The notes below the pieces were generated by a model. The model was not told where the DNA came from. It did no database searches and saw only the letters and a list, made by a program, of their open reading frames with translations. 64,000 nt of DNA, from the NCBI RefSeq assembly GCF_009914755.1, contig NC_060946.1, one strand, 5' to 3'. Origin of the DNA: the human T2T-CHM13v2.0 reference genome, Homo sapiens. Positions 28,701-43,700 of this stretch are shown piece after piece. The stretch's first letter is position 1; the number at the start of each line of letters is the position of its first letter. The translations under genes and the position numbers were made by a program.

Positions 28701-31700
28701 AATGGAGTGGATGGGAATGGAACAGAGTGGAATGGAGTGCAGTGGAGTGGAGTGGATTGGAATGGAATGGAGGGGAGTGGAGTGGAGTGGAATGCAGTGG
28801 AAACAAGAGAAATGGAGTGCAATGGAATCGAGTGGAATGGAACGGAAAGGTATGGAACAAAATGGAATAGAATGGAACGTATTGGAGTGGTGTGCAGTGG
28901 AGTTGAGAGGGGTGGATCAGAGTGCAGTGGAATGGAATAGAATGGAATGGAATGGAGTGGAGTGGAGTCGAGTGCAATGCAGTAGAATGGAGTGGAATGG
29001 AATGGAATGGAGTGGAGTGGAATGGAAAGGAATGGAATGGAATGGAATGGAAGGGAACAGAGTGGAGAGGAGTGGAGTGGATTTGAGTGGAGTGGATCGG
29101 AGTGCAGTGGAATGGAATGGAGTGGAGTGGAGTTGAATACAATGGAATGGTGTGGTATGGAATGGAATAGAGTGGAATAGAATATAATGGAGGGAAGTGG
29201 AATGTAATGTAATGTAACATAACGGAAAGAATGGAATGGAATGGAATGGAATGAAATGGAATGGAATGGATTGGAATGGAGTTGAATGGAATCAGTGGAT
29301 TGGAATGGAGTGGAGTGCAGTGGAACAGAGTGGAGTGAAGTCGAATGGAATGGAGTGGATAGAAATGGAGTGGAGTGGAGTGTAATCGAATGGAGTGGAA
29401 TGGAATGGAGTGGAGTGGAGTTGTGTGGAGTGGATCTGATTGCAGTGGAATGCAATGGAATGGAATGGAATGGAGGGTAGTGGAGCGGAGTGGAATGGAG
29501 TGGAATGCAATGTAATGGAACGTAATGGAATGGAACGAAACGGAATGGAATGAAACGGAATGGAAAGGAGTGGAGTGGAGTGCAGTAGAGTGTAGTTGAG
29601 TGGAATGGATCGGAGTGCAGTGGCCTGGATTGGAATGGAATGGAGTGGAGTGGAATGGAATTTAATGGAATGGAGTGGATTGTAGTGGAGGGGAGTTTAG
29701 TGGAGTGGAGTGGAATGGAATGGAGTGAAGTAGAATGGAATGGAGTGGAGAGGAGTGAAGCAGAGGGGAGATGAGTGGAGTGGAGTGGAATGGAATGAAA
29801 TGGATTGGAGTCGTGTGGAGTGGAAAGGAATGGAATGGAATGGAATGCAATGGAATGGAAAGGAATGGAATGGAATGGAACTGAATGGTGAAATGAAATG
29901 TGAGCTAAGATTGTGCCACTACACTCCAGTCTGTGTGACAGAGTGAGATACAGTAGAAATAAAGGAATGGAATGGAAGGGAGTAAAATGGAATGGAATGG
30001 AGTGGAGTGGAATGGAAAGGAATGGAACGCAGTGGAGTGGAGTGTAACGGAGTGGAGTGGAATGGAGTGGAGTGGAATGGTCTGGAGTGGAATGGAATGA
30101 TATGGAATGGAATGAAGTGGAATTGAGTGGAGAGGAGTGTAATGGAGTTTAGTGGAATGGACTGCAGTTCAATGGAGTGGAATGGAGTGGAATGGAATGG
30201 AGTGGAATGGAATGCAGTGGAATGGATTGGAGTGGAATGGAGTGGAGTGGAATGGATTGGAGTGGAGTGGAATGGAACGGGATGGGAGGGAACAGAACAG
30301 AATGGAATGGAGTCGAGTGGAGTGCAGTTGAAAGGAGTGGAGTTCAGTGGAGTGGATTGGAGTGCAGTGGAATGGAATGGAATGAACTGGAGAAGAGTGG
30401 AGTGGAATGGAGTGGAGTGGATTTGACTAGAGTGGATCACAGTACAGTGGAATGGAACGGAGTGGAATGGAAAGTAATGGAATGGAGTGGAGTGGATTGG
30501 AGGGGAATGCAGTGGGATGTAGTGGAATGGAATGGATTGTAGTGGAATTGAATGGATTGGAATGGAATGGAACGGAAGGGAAGATAATGGAAGAGAATGG
30601 ACTGGAGTGGAGTGGAATGGAGTGGAGTGGAGTGGATTGGAATGCAGTGGAATGTAATGTAATGTAATGGAATGGAATGGAATGGAATGGAATGGAGTGG
30701 AGTGGAATGGAATGCAATGGAGAGGAGTGGAATGGAGGGGAGTGGAGTTGAGTGGAGTGGAATGGAGTGTAATGGAGTGGAATGGAGCGACATGGAGTGG
30801 AGTGGAGTGCAATAGAATGGAGTGGAGTTGAATGGAATGGAATGGAACAGAATGGAATGGAATGCAACGGAATGGAAAGGAATGGAACAGAACGGATTGG
30901 AGTTGAGTGGAGTTGATGGGGTTGATCGTAGTGCATTGGAATGGAATGGAATAGAATGGTGTGGAGTGCAGTGCAGTAGAGGGGAGTGGACTGAAGTGGA
31001 ATGGAGAAGAATGCAGTGGAATGGAATGGAGGGCAATGGAATGGAATGGAATGAAATGGAACAGAATGGAATGGAAAGGAACAGAATGGAATGGAAAGGG
31101 ACAGAATGGAATGGAACAGAAGGGAACAGAGTGGAATGGAGTGGAGTTGAATGGAAATGAGTGGAGTGGATCAAAGTGCAGTGGAATGGAATGGAATGGT
31201 ATGGAAAGGAATGGGATAGGATGGGATGGGATGGAATACAATGGAATTGGATGGGGATGGAATGGAGTGCAGTGGAATGGAGTGGTGTTGAGAGGAATGG
31301 AATGGAATGGAGTGGAATGGAGTTTAGTGGAATGGAATGGAGTGGAGTGTGTGGAGTGGAGTGGATCTGAGTGCAGTGGACTGGAATGGAATGGAATGGA
31401 AAGGAATGGAATGGAGTGGAGTGGAATGGAATTTAACGGAAAGGAGTGGAGTGGAGTGGATTGAAGTGAAGTCGAATGGAATGGAGTGGAGTGGAATGGA
31501 ATGGAATGCAATGGAATGAAATAGAATGGCGTTGAGTGGAATGAAATAGAGTCGACTGGAGTGGAGTATAATGGAGTGGAGTTCAGGGGATTGGAGTGCA
31601 GTGGAGTGGAGTGGAGTAGAAGAGAGTGTGATGGAATGGAATGGAATGGAAAGGAATGCAATGTAATGGTGAAATGAAATGAGAGCTAAGATTGTGCCAG

Positions 31701-34700
31701 TGCACTCCAGTCTGGGTGACAGAATGAGATCCAGTCGAAATAAAGGAATGCAATGGAAATGATTAAAATGCAAAGGCATTGAGTTGTGTGGAATGGAATG
31801 CAGCAGAAAGGCGTGGAGTTGAGTGGATTGGAGCGGAGTGGAATGGAGTGGAGAGGAATGGAGTGGAACAGAGTGGAATGGAATGGAATGGAGTGGATTG
31901 GAGTGGATTGGAATGGAGTGGAGAGGAATGGAGAGGAATGGAGTGGAACAGAGTGGAATAGAACGGAATGGAGTGGAGTGGAATGGAATGGAATGGACTG
32001 GAGTGGGATGGAATGGAATGGAGTGGCGTGGAATGGAATGGAATGGAGTCTAGTGGAGTGGAGTGGTATGGAGTGGAGTGCAGGAGTTTGGAATGGAATA
32101 GCGTGGAGTGGAATGGAATGGAGTTTAGTGGAGTGGTGTGGAATGGAGTGGAGCACAGTGGGTTGGAATGCAGTGCAGTGGAATGGAGTGGAACGGCGTG
32201 GAATGGAATGGAATGGATGGGAATGGAATGGAAAGGAATGTTATGGAATGGTGAAATGAAATGTGAGCTAAGATTGTGCCACTGCACTCCACTCTGGGAG
32301 ACAGAGTGAGATCCAGTCGAAATAAAGGCATGGAATGGAATGAAGTAAAATGCAAGGGAATAAATTGGTGTGGAATGGAATGGAATGGAACAGAGTGGAG
32401 TGGAGAGGAAGGGAGTGGAGAGGAATGGAGTGGAGTGGAATGGTGTGGAGTGGAATGGTGTGGAGTGCAATGGAATGGTATGGAATGGAGTGAAGTGCAA
32501 TGGAGTGGAGAGGAGTGGAATGGAGTTTAGTGGAATTGAGTGCAGTGCAATGTAGTGGAATGGAGTGGAATGCAATGGAGTGCAATGGATTGGAGTGGAA
32601 TGGAATGGAGTGGAAAGGAATGGAATGGGATGGAATGGAATGGAACGGAATGGAATGGAGTGCAGCGGAGTGGAGTGGAAAGGAGTGGAGTGTACTGTAT
32701 CAGAGTTCAGTGGAAGGGAATGGAATGGAATGGAATGAAGTGGAGAGGAGTGGAGTGGCATGGAGTTTAGTGGAGTGGATCACAGTGCAGTGGAATTGAA
32801 TGGAATGGAATAGAGTGGAGTGGAGTGGAGAGGAGGGGAATGGAATGGAATGTAGTGGAATAGAAAGGATTGTAGTGGAATTGAAGGGAATGGAATGAAA
32901 TGGAATGGAAAGGAAGGGAATGGAATGGAACGGATTGGAGTTGAGTGGAATGGAGTGGAGTGGAGTTGAGAGGAGTGAATCCGAGTGCAGTGGAATGGAA
33001 TCTAATGTAATGGAAGGGGATGCAATGGAATGAATTGGAGTGGAACGGAATGCAATGGAGTGGAGTGGTGTGGAGGGCAGTGGAGAAGAGTGGAGGGGAA
33101 TGGAGTGGAATGGAGCGAAATGGAGTGACGTGGAGTGGAGTGGTGTGCATTAGGATGGAGTGTAATGGAATGGAATAGAATGGAATGGAATGGAACGGAT
33201 TAAAGAGGAGGGGAGTGGAGTTGATGGAGTTGATCGGAATGCATAGGAATGGAATGGAATGGATGGGAATGGAGTGCAGTGGGATGGAATGGAGTGGAGT
33301 GGAGTGGAGTGCAGTGGAAAGGAATGGAATGGAATGGAATGGTGAAATGAAATGTTAGCTAAGATACTGCCACTTCAGTCCGGTCTGGGTGACAGAGTGA
33401 GATCCAGTCAAAACAAAGGAATGGAATGCAACGGAATAGAATGGAATAGAATGGAGTGGATTGGAATGGAATGGAGTGGAATAAAGAGGAACGGAGTGTA
33501 AACGAGTGGAATGGAAAGGAGTGGAGTGGAAAGGAATGGAATGCAGTGGAATGGAATGGTATGGAATGGAGTGGAATGGAAAGGAGTGGAGTGGAAAGGA
33601 ATGGAATGCAGTGGAATGGAATGGTATGGAATGGAGTGGAATGGAATGGAATGCAATAGAATGCAGTGAAGTGGAATGGACAGCATTGGAAGGATTGGAG
33701 TGGAATAGAGTGGAATGGAGTGGCATGGAATGGAATGCAATGGAGTAAAATGGACTGGATTGGAGTGGAATGAAACGAAGTGCAGTGGAGTGGAGTGGAT
33801 TGAAGGGGAATGGAGTCGAATGGAGTGAAATGGAGAGGGGTGGACTGGAGTGGAGTGGAATGGAATGGAGTGGAATGGAACGGAATGGAACGGAAAGGAA
33901 AGAAATGGATCTCAGTGGAGTGGAGTGGAGTGTAGCTCAGTGGAGTGGATGGGAGTGCAGTGAAATGGAATGGAGTGTAATGCAATAGAGTGGAGTGGAG
34001 TGCAGTGCAGTGGAGTGGAAAGGAATGCAGTGGAATGTCGTTGAATAGAGTGCAGTGTAGTGGAATGGAATGGAATGGAACGGAATGGAAAGGAATGGAA
34101 TGGAATGGAATAGAATGGAATGGAATGGAACGGAATAGAATGGAATGGAAAGGAATGGAGTGGAGTGGAGTGGATTGGAATGGAATGGAGTTGAGTGGAG
34201 TGGAGTGGATTGGAGTGCAGTAGACTGGAAAGGAATGGAAAGGAACACAGTGGAGAAGAATGGAATTTAATGGAATGGAGTGGATTGGAGTGGAGTGGAG
34301 TTTATTGGAATGGAGTGGAGTGGAATGGAATGGAATGGAATGGAGTGGAGTGGAGTCGAATGGAATGGAGTGGAATGGAATGGAATGGAGTGGAGTGGAA
34401 TGAAATGGAATGCAATGGAATGGAAGGGAATGGCGTGGACAGGAATGGAATGGATTGGCGTGGACTAGAATGAAATGGAGTGGAGAGGAGTGGAGTGGAG
34501 TAGAATGGAATGGAGTCTAGTGGAGTGAAGTGGAGTGGAGTGTAATGGAGTGGAGTGCAGTGGATTGGAATGCAATGCACTGGATTGGAGCGGAACGCAA
34601 TGCAATGGAATGGAATGGAACGGAATGCAATGAAATGGTGAAATGAAATGTGACCTAAGATTGTGCCACTGCACTCCAGTCTGGGAGACAGAGTGAGATG

Positions 34701-37700
34701 CAATCGAAATAAAGGAATGGATGGAATGGAGTAAAATGCAATGGAATAGATTGGTGTGGAATGGAATGGAGTGGAAAGGAGTGGAATGGAGTGGAATGGA
34801 AAGGAATGCAATGTAGTGGAATGGAATGGAATGGAGTGGAATGCAGTTTAGTGGAGTGGAATGGAGTGGAGTGGAACGCAGTGCAATGAAGTGGAATGAA
34901 ATGGAATAGAATGGTGTGAAATGTAATGGAATTGGGAGGAATGAAGTGGAGTGGAGAGGAAAGGTGTTGACTGGTGAGGAGTGGAGAGGAGTGGAACGGA
35001 GTGAATGGGTACGGAGCAGAGTGGAATGGAGTGGAATGGAGAGGAATGAAATTGAATGGAATGGAGTTCATTGGAATGGAATACAGAGGAATGGATTGGA
35101 GTGGAGTGGAATGGAGTGGATTGAAATGGAATTGATTGAAATGGAGTGGAATGGAGTGGAATGGAAATGAGTGCCATGGAATGGAATGGAGTGATGTGGA
35201 ATGGAATTGAATGGAATGGAATTCAAAGGATTGCAGTGGAGTGGAATGGAACGGAGTGGAGTGGAATGGAATAGAGTGGAATTGAGTGGAGTGGAGTGGA
35301 GTGGAAGGGAGAGGTGTGGAGTGGATTGGAATGGAGTGCAGTGGAATGGAATGGAATGGAATGGAATGAAACGGAACGGTATGGAATGGAACAGAATGGA
35401 ATGGAATGTAGTGGAGTGGAGTGGAATTGAGTGGAGTATATAGGAGTGCAGTGGAATGGAATGGAATGGAATGCAATGCAATGGAACGGAATGGCGTGGA
35501 GCTGAATGGATTGGAGTGCAGTGGAGTGGAATACAATGGAATGGAATGGAATGGAATAGAATGGTGAAATGTAATGTGAGCTAAGATTGGGCCACTGCAC
35601 TCCAGTCTGGGTGAAAAAATGAGATCTAATTGAAATAAAGGAAGGGAGTGGAATGGGGAAGAATGGAATGGAGTGGAGTGGAATGGAATGGAGTGGAATG
35701 TAGTAGATTGGAGTGGAAAGTAGTGTAGTGGAATGGAGTGGAGTGGAATGGAGAGGAAAGGAGTGAAATGGAATGGAGTGGAATGAAATGGCATGGAGTA
35801 GAATGGAGTGGAGTGGAGTGGAGTGGATTGTCGTGTAATGGAGGGGATTGGAAAGGACTGGAATGGAGTGGAATGGAATGGAATGGAATGGAATGGAATA
35901 GAGTGGAATGGAATGGAATGGAGTGGAATGGAATATAATTGAGTGGAATGGAATGGAGTGGAGTGGAGTGGAGTGGAATGGAGTGGAATGGAGGGAAATG
36001 GAGTGGAGCGGAAGGGAGTGGAGTGGAATGGAATGGAGTGGAATGTAACGGAATGGAATGGAATGGAACAGAATGCAACGGAATGGAATGGAGTGGAGTG
36101 GAGTTATGTGGAGTGAATTGTAGTGCAGTGGAATGGAATGGAATGGAATGGAATGGAATGGAATGGAATGGGATGGAATGGAATAGAAGAGAATGGAGTG
36201 GAGTGGAGTGGAAAAGAGTAGAGTGGAGTGGAGTGGAATGGAATGCAATGGAGTGGAATGGAATGGAATGGAGTGGAATGGAATGGAATGGAGTGGAATT
36301 GAATGGAGTGGAGTGAAGTGTAGTGGATTGGACTGGAGTGGAATGGAGGGAAATGGAGTGGAGTTGAATGGAGTGGAGTGGAGTGGAATGGAATGGAACA
36401 GATTGGAACGGAATGCAATAGAGTGGAGTGGAGTTGGGTGGAGTGCAACAGACTGCAGTGGATCGAATGGAATGGAAAGGAATAGAATGGAGGGGAGTGG
36501 AGTGGAGTAGAATAGAGTGGAGTGGAGTGGAGTGCAATGGGGTGGAATGGAATGTAATGGATTGGAATGGAATGGAATGGAATGGAATGGAATGGAATGG
36601 AATGTAAGGGAATGGAATGGAATGGAACACAACTAATTGGACTGGAGGGGAGGGGAGAGGAGTGGAGTGGAGTGGAGTGGATTGGAGTGGAATGGAATGA
36701 AATGGAATGGAATGGAATGGAATGGAATGGAATGGAATGGAATGGAATGGATTAGAAAGGAGTGCAGTGGAATGTAAAAGAGTGGAATGGAATGGAGTGG
36801 AATGGAGTTCAGGGAAAACGAATGGAATGAAATGGAATGGTGAAATGAAATGTGAGGTAAGATTGTGCAACTGAATTCCAGTCTGGGTGATAGAGTGAGA
36901 TCTAGTTGAAATAAAGGATTGGAACACAATGGAGTAGAATGGAATGGAATGGAGTGGAGTGGAATGGAATGGAGTGGAATAGAGTGGAATGCAGTGTAAA
37001 GTAGTGGAACGGAATGGAGTGTAGTGGAATAGAATGGAGTGCAGTGAAATGGAATGGATTGTAGTGGAATGGAGTGCAGTCGAGTGCAGTGGAGTGGAGT
37101 GGATTGGAGTGGAAAGTCGTTGAATAGAATGCAGTGGAGTGGAATGTAAAGGAATGGAATGGAATGGAACAGAAAGGAACGGAGTGGAGTGGAGTTGATT
37201 GAATTGGAATCGAGTGCACTGGAGTGGAAAGGAATGGAATTGATTGGAATGGAGTAAAGTGCATCAGAGTGCAGTGGAATGGAATGGAATGGAATGGAAT
37301 GGAATGGAATGGAATGGTGTGGAGTGGAGTGCAGTAGAGTGGAGTGGATTGGATTGGAATGGAGAAGAATGCAGTGGAATGGAATGGAGTGCATTGGAAT
37401 GGAATGGTATGGAACAGAATGGAATTGAATGGGACAGAATGGAATGTAACAGAAAGGAACAGAGTGGAATGGAGTGGAGTTGAGTGGAATTGAGTGGAGT
37501 GGATCAAAGTGCAGTGGAATGGAATGGTATAGAATGGAATGGGATGGGATGGGTTGGGATGGAATACAATGGAATGGGAAGGGATGGAATGGAGTGGAGT
37601 GGAATGGAGTGGAGTGGAGAGGAATGGAATGGAGTGGAGTGGAGGGGATTGGATCGGAGTGCAGTGGACTGGAATGGAATGGAATTGAGTGGAGTGGAGT

Positions 37701-40700
37701 GGAATGGAATTTAATGGAATGGAGTGGAGTGGAGTGGATTGAAGTGGAATCGAATGGAATGGAGTGGAGTGGAATGGAATGGAATGCAATGGAATGGTGT
37801 GGAGTGGAATGAAATGGAGTCGAGTGGAGTGGAGTAGAATGGAGTGGAGTGCAAGGGACTGGAGTACACTGGAGTGGAGTGGAGTAGAAGGCAGTGTCAT
37901 GGAATGGAATGGAATGGAATGGGAATGAATGCAATGTAATGGTGAAATGAAATGAGAGCTAACATTGTATCAGTGCACTCCAGTCTGGGTGACAGAGTGA
38001 GATCCAGTTGAAATAAAGGAATGGAATGGAATGGAGTAAAATGCAATGGCATTGAGTTGTGTGGAAAGGAATGCAGTGGAAAGGCGTGGAGTGAAGTGGA
38101 TAGGAGTGGAGTGGAATGGAGTGGAGAGGAATGGAGTGGAACAGAGTGGAATGGATTGAAATGGAGTGTATTGGAGTGAACTGGAATGAAATGGAGTGGA
38201 ATGGCGTGGAAAAGAGTGGAATGGAATGGAGTGGAGTGGAATGGAATGGAGAGGACTGGAGTGGAATGGAATGGAATGGAGTGGCGTGGAGTGGAATGGA
38301 ATGGAGTCTAGTTGAGTGGAGTGGAATGGAGTGGATTGCAGTGGATTGGAATGCAGTGCAGTGGAGTGGAGTGGAACGGAATGGAATGGAATGGAATAGA
38401 TGGGAATGGAATGGAACGGAATGCTATGGAATGGTGAAACGAAATGTGAGCTAAGATTGTGCCACTGCACTCCACTCTTGGAGACAGAGTGAGATCCAGT
38501 CGAAATAAAGGAATGGAATGGAATGGAGTAAAATGCAATGGAATAGATTGGTGTGGAATGGAATGGAATGGAACGGAGTGGAGTGGAGTGGAATGGAGTG
38601 GAGAGGAATGGAGTGGAGTGGAATGGTGTGGAGTGGATTGGTGTGGAGTGCAATGGAATTGTATGGAATGGAATGAAGTGGAATGGAGTGGAGAGGAGTG
38701 TAATGGAGTTTATTGGAATGGAGTGCAGTGCAATGGAGAGGAATGGAATGGAATGCAATGCAGTGGAATGGATTGGAGTGGAATGGAGTGGAGTGGAATG
38801 GCATGGAGAGGAATGGAATGGAATGGGACTGAAGGGAACGGAACGGGAGGGAATGGAGTGGAGCAGAGTGGAGTGGAAAGGAGTGGAGTTGAGTGGAGTG
38901 GATCAGAGTGCAGTGGAATGGAATGGAAAGGAAGGGAATGGAATGAAGAGGAGAGGAGTGGAGTGGCATGGAGTTTAGTGGAGTGGATTTGAGTGAAATG
39001 GATAGCAGTGCAGTGGAATGGAATGGAACGGAATGGAATGGAACGGAATGGAATGGAAGAGTGCAGTGGAGTGGAGTGGAGGGGAATGGAATGGAATGTA
39101 TTGGAATGGAATGGATTGTAGTGGAATTGAATGGAATGGATTGAAATGGAATGGAAGGGAATGGAATGGAATGGATTGGAGTGGAGTGGAATGGAGTGCA
39201 GTGGAGTTGAGTGGAGTGGATGAGAGCAGTGGAATGGAATCTAATGCAATAGAATGGAATGGAATGCAATGGAATGAAGTGGAGTGGAATGGAATTCAAT
39301 GGAGTGAAGTGGATCAGATTTCAGTGGAATGGAATGAAATGAAATGAAGTGGAGAGGAGTGTAGTGGCATGGAGTTTAGTGGAGTGGATTTTAGTGGAGT
39401 AGATCACAGTGCAGTGGAATGGAATGGAATGGAATGGAATGGAATGGAATGGAGTGGAGTGGAGGGCAATGGAATGGAATGTAGTGGAATAGAATGGATT
39501 GTGGTGGAATTGAATGGAATAGAATGAAATGGAATTGAAGGGAACAGAATGGAATGGAACTGATTGTAGTGGAGTGGAATGGAGTGGAGTGGAGTTGAGT
39601 GGAGTGGATCTGAGTGCAGTTGAAGGGAATCTAATGGAATGGAATGGAATGGAATGGAATGCAATGGAATGAAGTGGAGTGGAATGTAATGCAATGGAGT
39701 GGAGTGGAGTGGAGAGCAGTGGAGTGGAGTGGAGGGCAGTGGAGTGGTGTGGAGGGGAATGGAGTGGAATGGAGTGAAATGGAGCGGCGTGGAGTGGAGT
39801 GGTGTGCAATAGAATGGAGTGGAATGGAATGGAATGCAACGGATTACAGTAGAGAGGAGTTGATGGAGTTGATCGGAGTGCATTGGAATGGAATGGAATG
39901 GAATGGATTGGAATGGAGTGCAGTGGAATGGAATGGAATGGAGTGGAGTGCAGTGGAAAGGAGTTGAATGGAATGGTGAAATAAAATGTGAGCTAAGATT
40001 GTGCCACTGCAGTCCAGTCTGGGTGACAGAGCGAGATCCGGTCGAAATAAAGGAATGGAATGCAATGGAGCAGAAGGGAATAGAATGGAGTGGAGTGGAA
40101 TGCAATGCATTGGAATAAAGTGGAATGGAGAGTAAAGGAGTGGAATGGAAAGGAGTGGACTGGAATGGAATGGAATGCAGTAGAATGGAATGGTATGGAA
40201 TGGAGTGGAGTGGAATGGCATGCAGTAGAGTGCAGTGGAGTGGAATGGAGAGCAGTGGAAGGAGTGGAGTGGAATGGAATGGAATGGAGTGGCATGGAAT
40301 GGAATGCAATGGAGTGGAATGGAATGGATTGGAGTGGAATGGAATGGAGTGCAGTGTAGTGGAGTGGAGTGGAGTGGAATGAAGGGGAATGGAGTCGAAT
40401 GCAGTGAAATGGAGAAGGGTGGACTGGAGTGGAGTGGAATGTATTGGAGTGGAATGGAACAGAATGGTGCGGAAATGAAAGAAATAGATCTCAATGGAGT
40501 GGAGTGGAGTGCAGTTCTGTGGAGTGGATGGGAGTGCAGTGAAATGGAATGGAGTGTAATGGAATAGAGTGGAGTGGACTGCAGTGCAGTGGAGTGGAGT
40601 GGAATGGAGTGGAATGTCGCTGAATAGAATACAGTGTAATGGAATGCAATGAAATAGAACGAAATGGAAAGGAATGGAATGGAATGGAATGGAACGGAAT

Positions 40701-43700
40701 GGAATGGAACGGAAAGAAACGGAGTGGAGTGGAGTGGAGTTGATTGAAGTGGAACGGAGTGAACTGGAATGGATGGAATGGAATTGATTGGAATGGAGTG
40801 GAGTGGAGTGGATCAGATCGGAGTGCAGTGGAATGGAATGGAATGGAATGGAATGGATTGGAGTGGGGTGTAGTGGTGTGGAATGGCGTAGAATGCAGTG
40901 GAATGGAACAGAGTGCATTGGAATGGAATGGAATGGAACGGAATGGAATGGAATGGGAAGGAATGGAATGGAATAGAAGGGAACAGAGTGGAATGGAGTG
41001 GGGTTGAGTAGAGTTGAGTAAAGTGGATCAAAATGTAGTAGAATGGAATGGAATGGAAGGGAAGGGAATTGAATGGAATGGAGTGGAGTGGAGTGGAATA
41101 GAGTGGAGTTGAGTTTAGACGAATGGAGTGGAATGCAGTGGAATGGAATGGAGTGGAGTCAAACGAAAGGAATGGAATGGAATAGAGTGGAACGGAGTGG
41201 AGTGGAGTGGTGTGCAATGGAGTTGAGTAGCATGGAGTAGAGTGGAAAAGAGAGGAGTGTAGTGCAGTGGAGTTGAGTGGATTGGATCGGAGTGCAGTGG
41301 AATGGAATGGAATGGAATAGAGTGGAGTGGAGTGGAATCGAGTGGAGTGGAGTGTAGTCGAATGGAGTGGAATAGGTTGGAATGGAATGGAGTACATTCG
41401 AATGGAATCGAATTGAACGCAATGGAATGGAATGCAAAGGAATGTAGTGGAATGGAACAGAATCGAGTGGAGTGGATTGGATTGGAGTTGAGTGGAGTGG
41501 ATCAGAGAGCTGTGGAATGGAATGGTTTGAATGGAATGGAATGGAAGGGAAAGGAATGGAATGGAATGGTGAAATGAAATGTGAGCTAAGATATTGTTAC
41601 TGAACTCCAGTCTGGGGGTCTGAGTGAGATCCTTTCGAAATAAAGGAATGGAATGGAGTAGAATGGAAAGGAATGCAGTGGAATGTAATGGAATGGAGTG
41701 GAACAGAGTGAAGTGGGGTCGAATGGAGTGGAGTGGAATGGAGTGCAGTGGAATGGATTGGAAAGGAGTGGAATGGAATGGAATATCATGGAGTGGAATG
41801 GAATGGTATGGAGTGGAGTGGAATGGAATGGAGTGGAATGGAATGGAACGGAACAGAATGGAATGGAACGGAATGGAACGGAATGGAGTGGAGTGGAATG
41901 GAATGGAGTGGAATGGAATGGAACGGAACAGAAAGGAATGGAATGGAATAGAATGGACTGGAGTGTTGTGAAGTTGAGTGGAGTGGACCGGACTTCAGTG
42001 GAATGGAATGGAATGAAATGGAATGGTATGGAGTGGAGTGGACTGGAGTGGAATGGAGTGGAATTGAGTGGAGTGGAGTGGAGTGGAATGGAATGGAGTG
42101 CAGAGGAATGGAATGAAATTGAATGGAATGCAATGGAAAGAAACGGAGTGGAATGGAATGGAACAGAAAGGAGTGGAGTGGAGTGCAGTTGAGTGGATTG
42201 TATCAGAGTGCAGTGGATATGGAAGGGAATGGAATGCAATTGAATGGAATTGAATGGAATGGAATGGAATGGAATGGAATGGAATGGAATGGAATGGAAT
42301 GGAATGGAATGGTGAAATGAAATGTGAGCTAAGATTTTGCCACTGCTCTCCAGTCTGGGTGACATAGTGAGATCCAGTCAACATAAAAGAATGGAATGGA
42401 GTGGAGTAGAAAGGAATGGAATGGAGTGGAGTGGAATGGAGTGGAATGGAGTGGAGTGGAGTGGAGTGGAGTGGAATGGAGTGGAATGGGATGGAGTGGA
42501 GAGGAATGGAATGAAATTGAATGGAATGCAATGGAAAGGAACAGAGTGGAATGGAATGGAACAGAAAAGAGTGGAGTAGAGTGCAGTTGAGTGGATTGTA
42601 TCAGAGTGCAGTGGATATGAAAGGGAATGGAATGCAATTGAATTGAATGGAATGGAATGGAATGGAATGGAATGGAATGGTGAAATGAAATGTGAGCTAA
42701 GATTTTGCCACTGCACTCCAGTCTGGGTGACAGAGTGAGATCCAGTCAACATAAAGGAATGGAATGGTGTGGGGTAAAAAGGAATGGAATGGAGTGGAGT
42801 GGAATGGAATGGAGTGGAAAGGAGTGAAGTGCAGTGGAATGGAGTGGGGTGGAATGGAGTGGAATAGAGTGGAATGGAAGGGAGTGGAAAGGAATTGAAG
42901 GGAGTGGAAAGGAGTTCTGTGGATTGGAGTAGAGTGGAGTGGAATGGAGTAAGAGGAATGGAGCAGAATGGAGTGAAATGCAATGGAATGGAAAGGAATG
43001 GAATGGAATGGAATGGAATGCAATGAATTGGAGTGGAGTGGACTGGAGTGGAATGCAGTGAAATGGAGTGGAGTGGAAAGGAGTTGAGTGGAATTAAAAG
43101 GAGTGGAATGGAACGAAATGGAAAGGATTGGAACGGAATGGAAAGGACTGCAGTTGTGTGGAGAGGAGTGGAGTGGAGTCGATCAGAATGCAGTGGAATG
43201 GAATGGAGTGGAATGGAGTGGATTGGAATGGAATGGTGTGGAGTGGAATGGAGTTGAGTGGAATGGAATGGAATTGAGTGGAATGGAATGGAGTGGAATG
43301 GAGTGGATTGGAATGGTATGGTGTGGAGTGGAATGGAGTGGAGTGGAATGGAATGGAACGGAATGGAATGGAAAGGAACAGAATGGAATGGAACGCCACG
43401 GAACGGAGTGGATTGGAGTGGATTTGAGTGGAATCGATCAGAGTGCAGTGGAATGGAATGGAATGGAGTGGAATGGAATGGAGTGGAGTGGAGTGGAATG
43501 TAGTGGAATGGTGTGAAGTGTAATGGAATGGAGTGGAATAGAATGGAATGGAATGGAATGGAATACAAAGGAGCAGAATGGAAAGGAATGCAACATAATT
43601 GAGTGGAGTGGAGCCGAGTTGAGTGGTGTTGAGTGGCATGGTTGGGATTGCCGTGTAATGGAATGGATTGGAATGGAATGGAAAGGTGTGTACTGGAATA

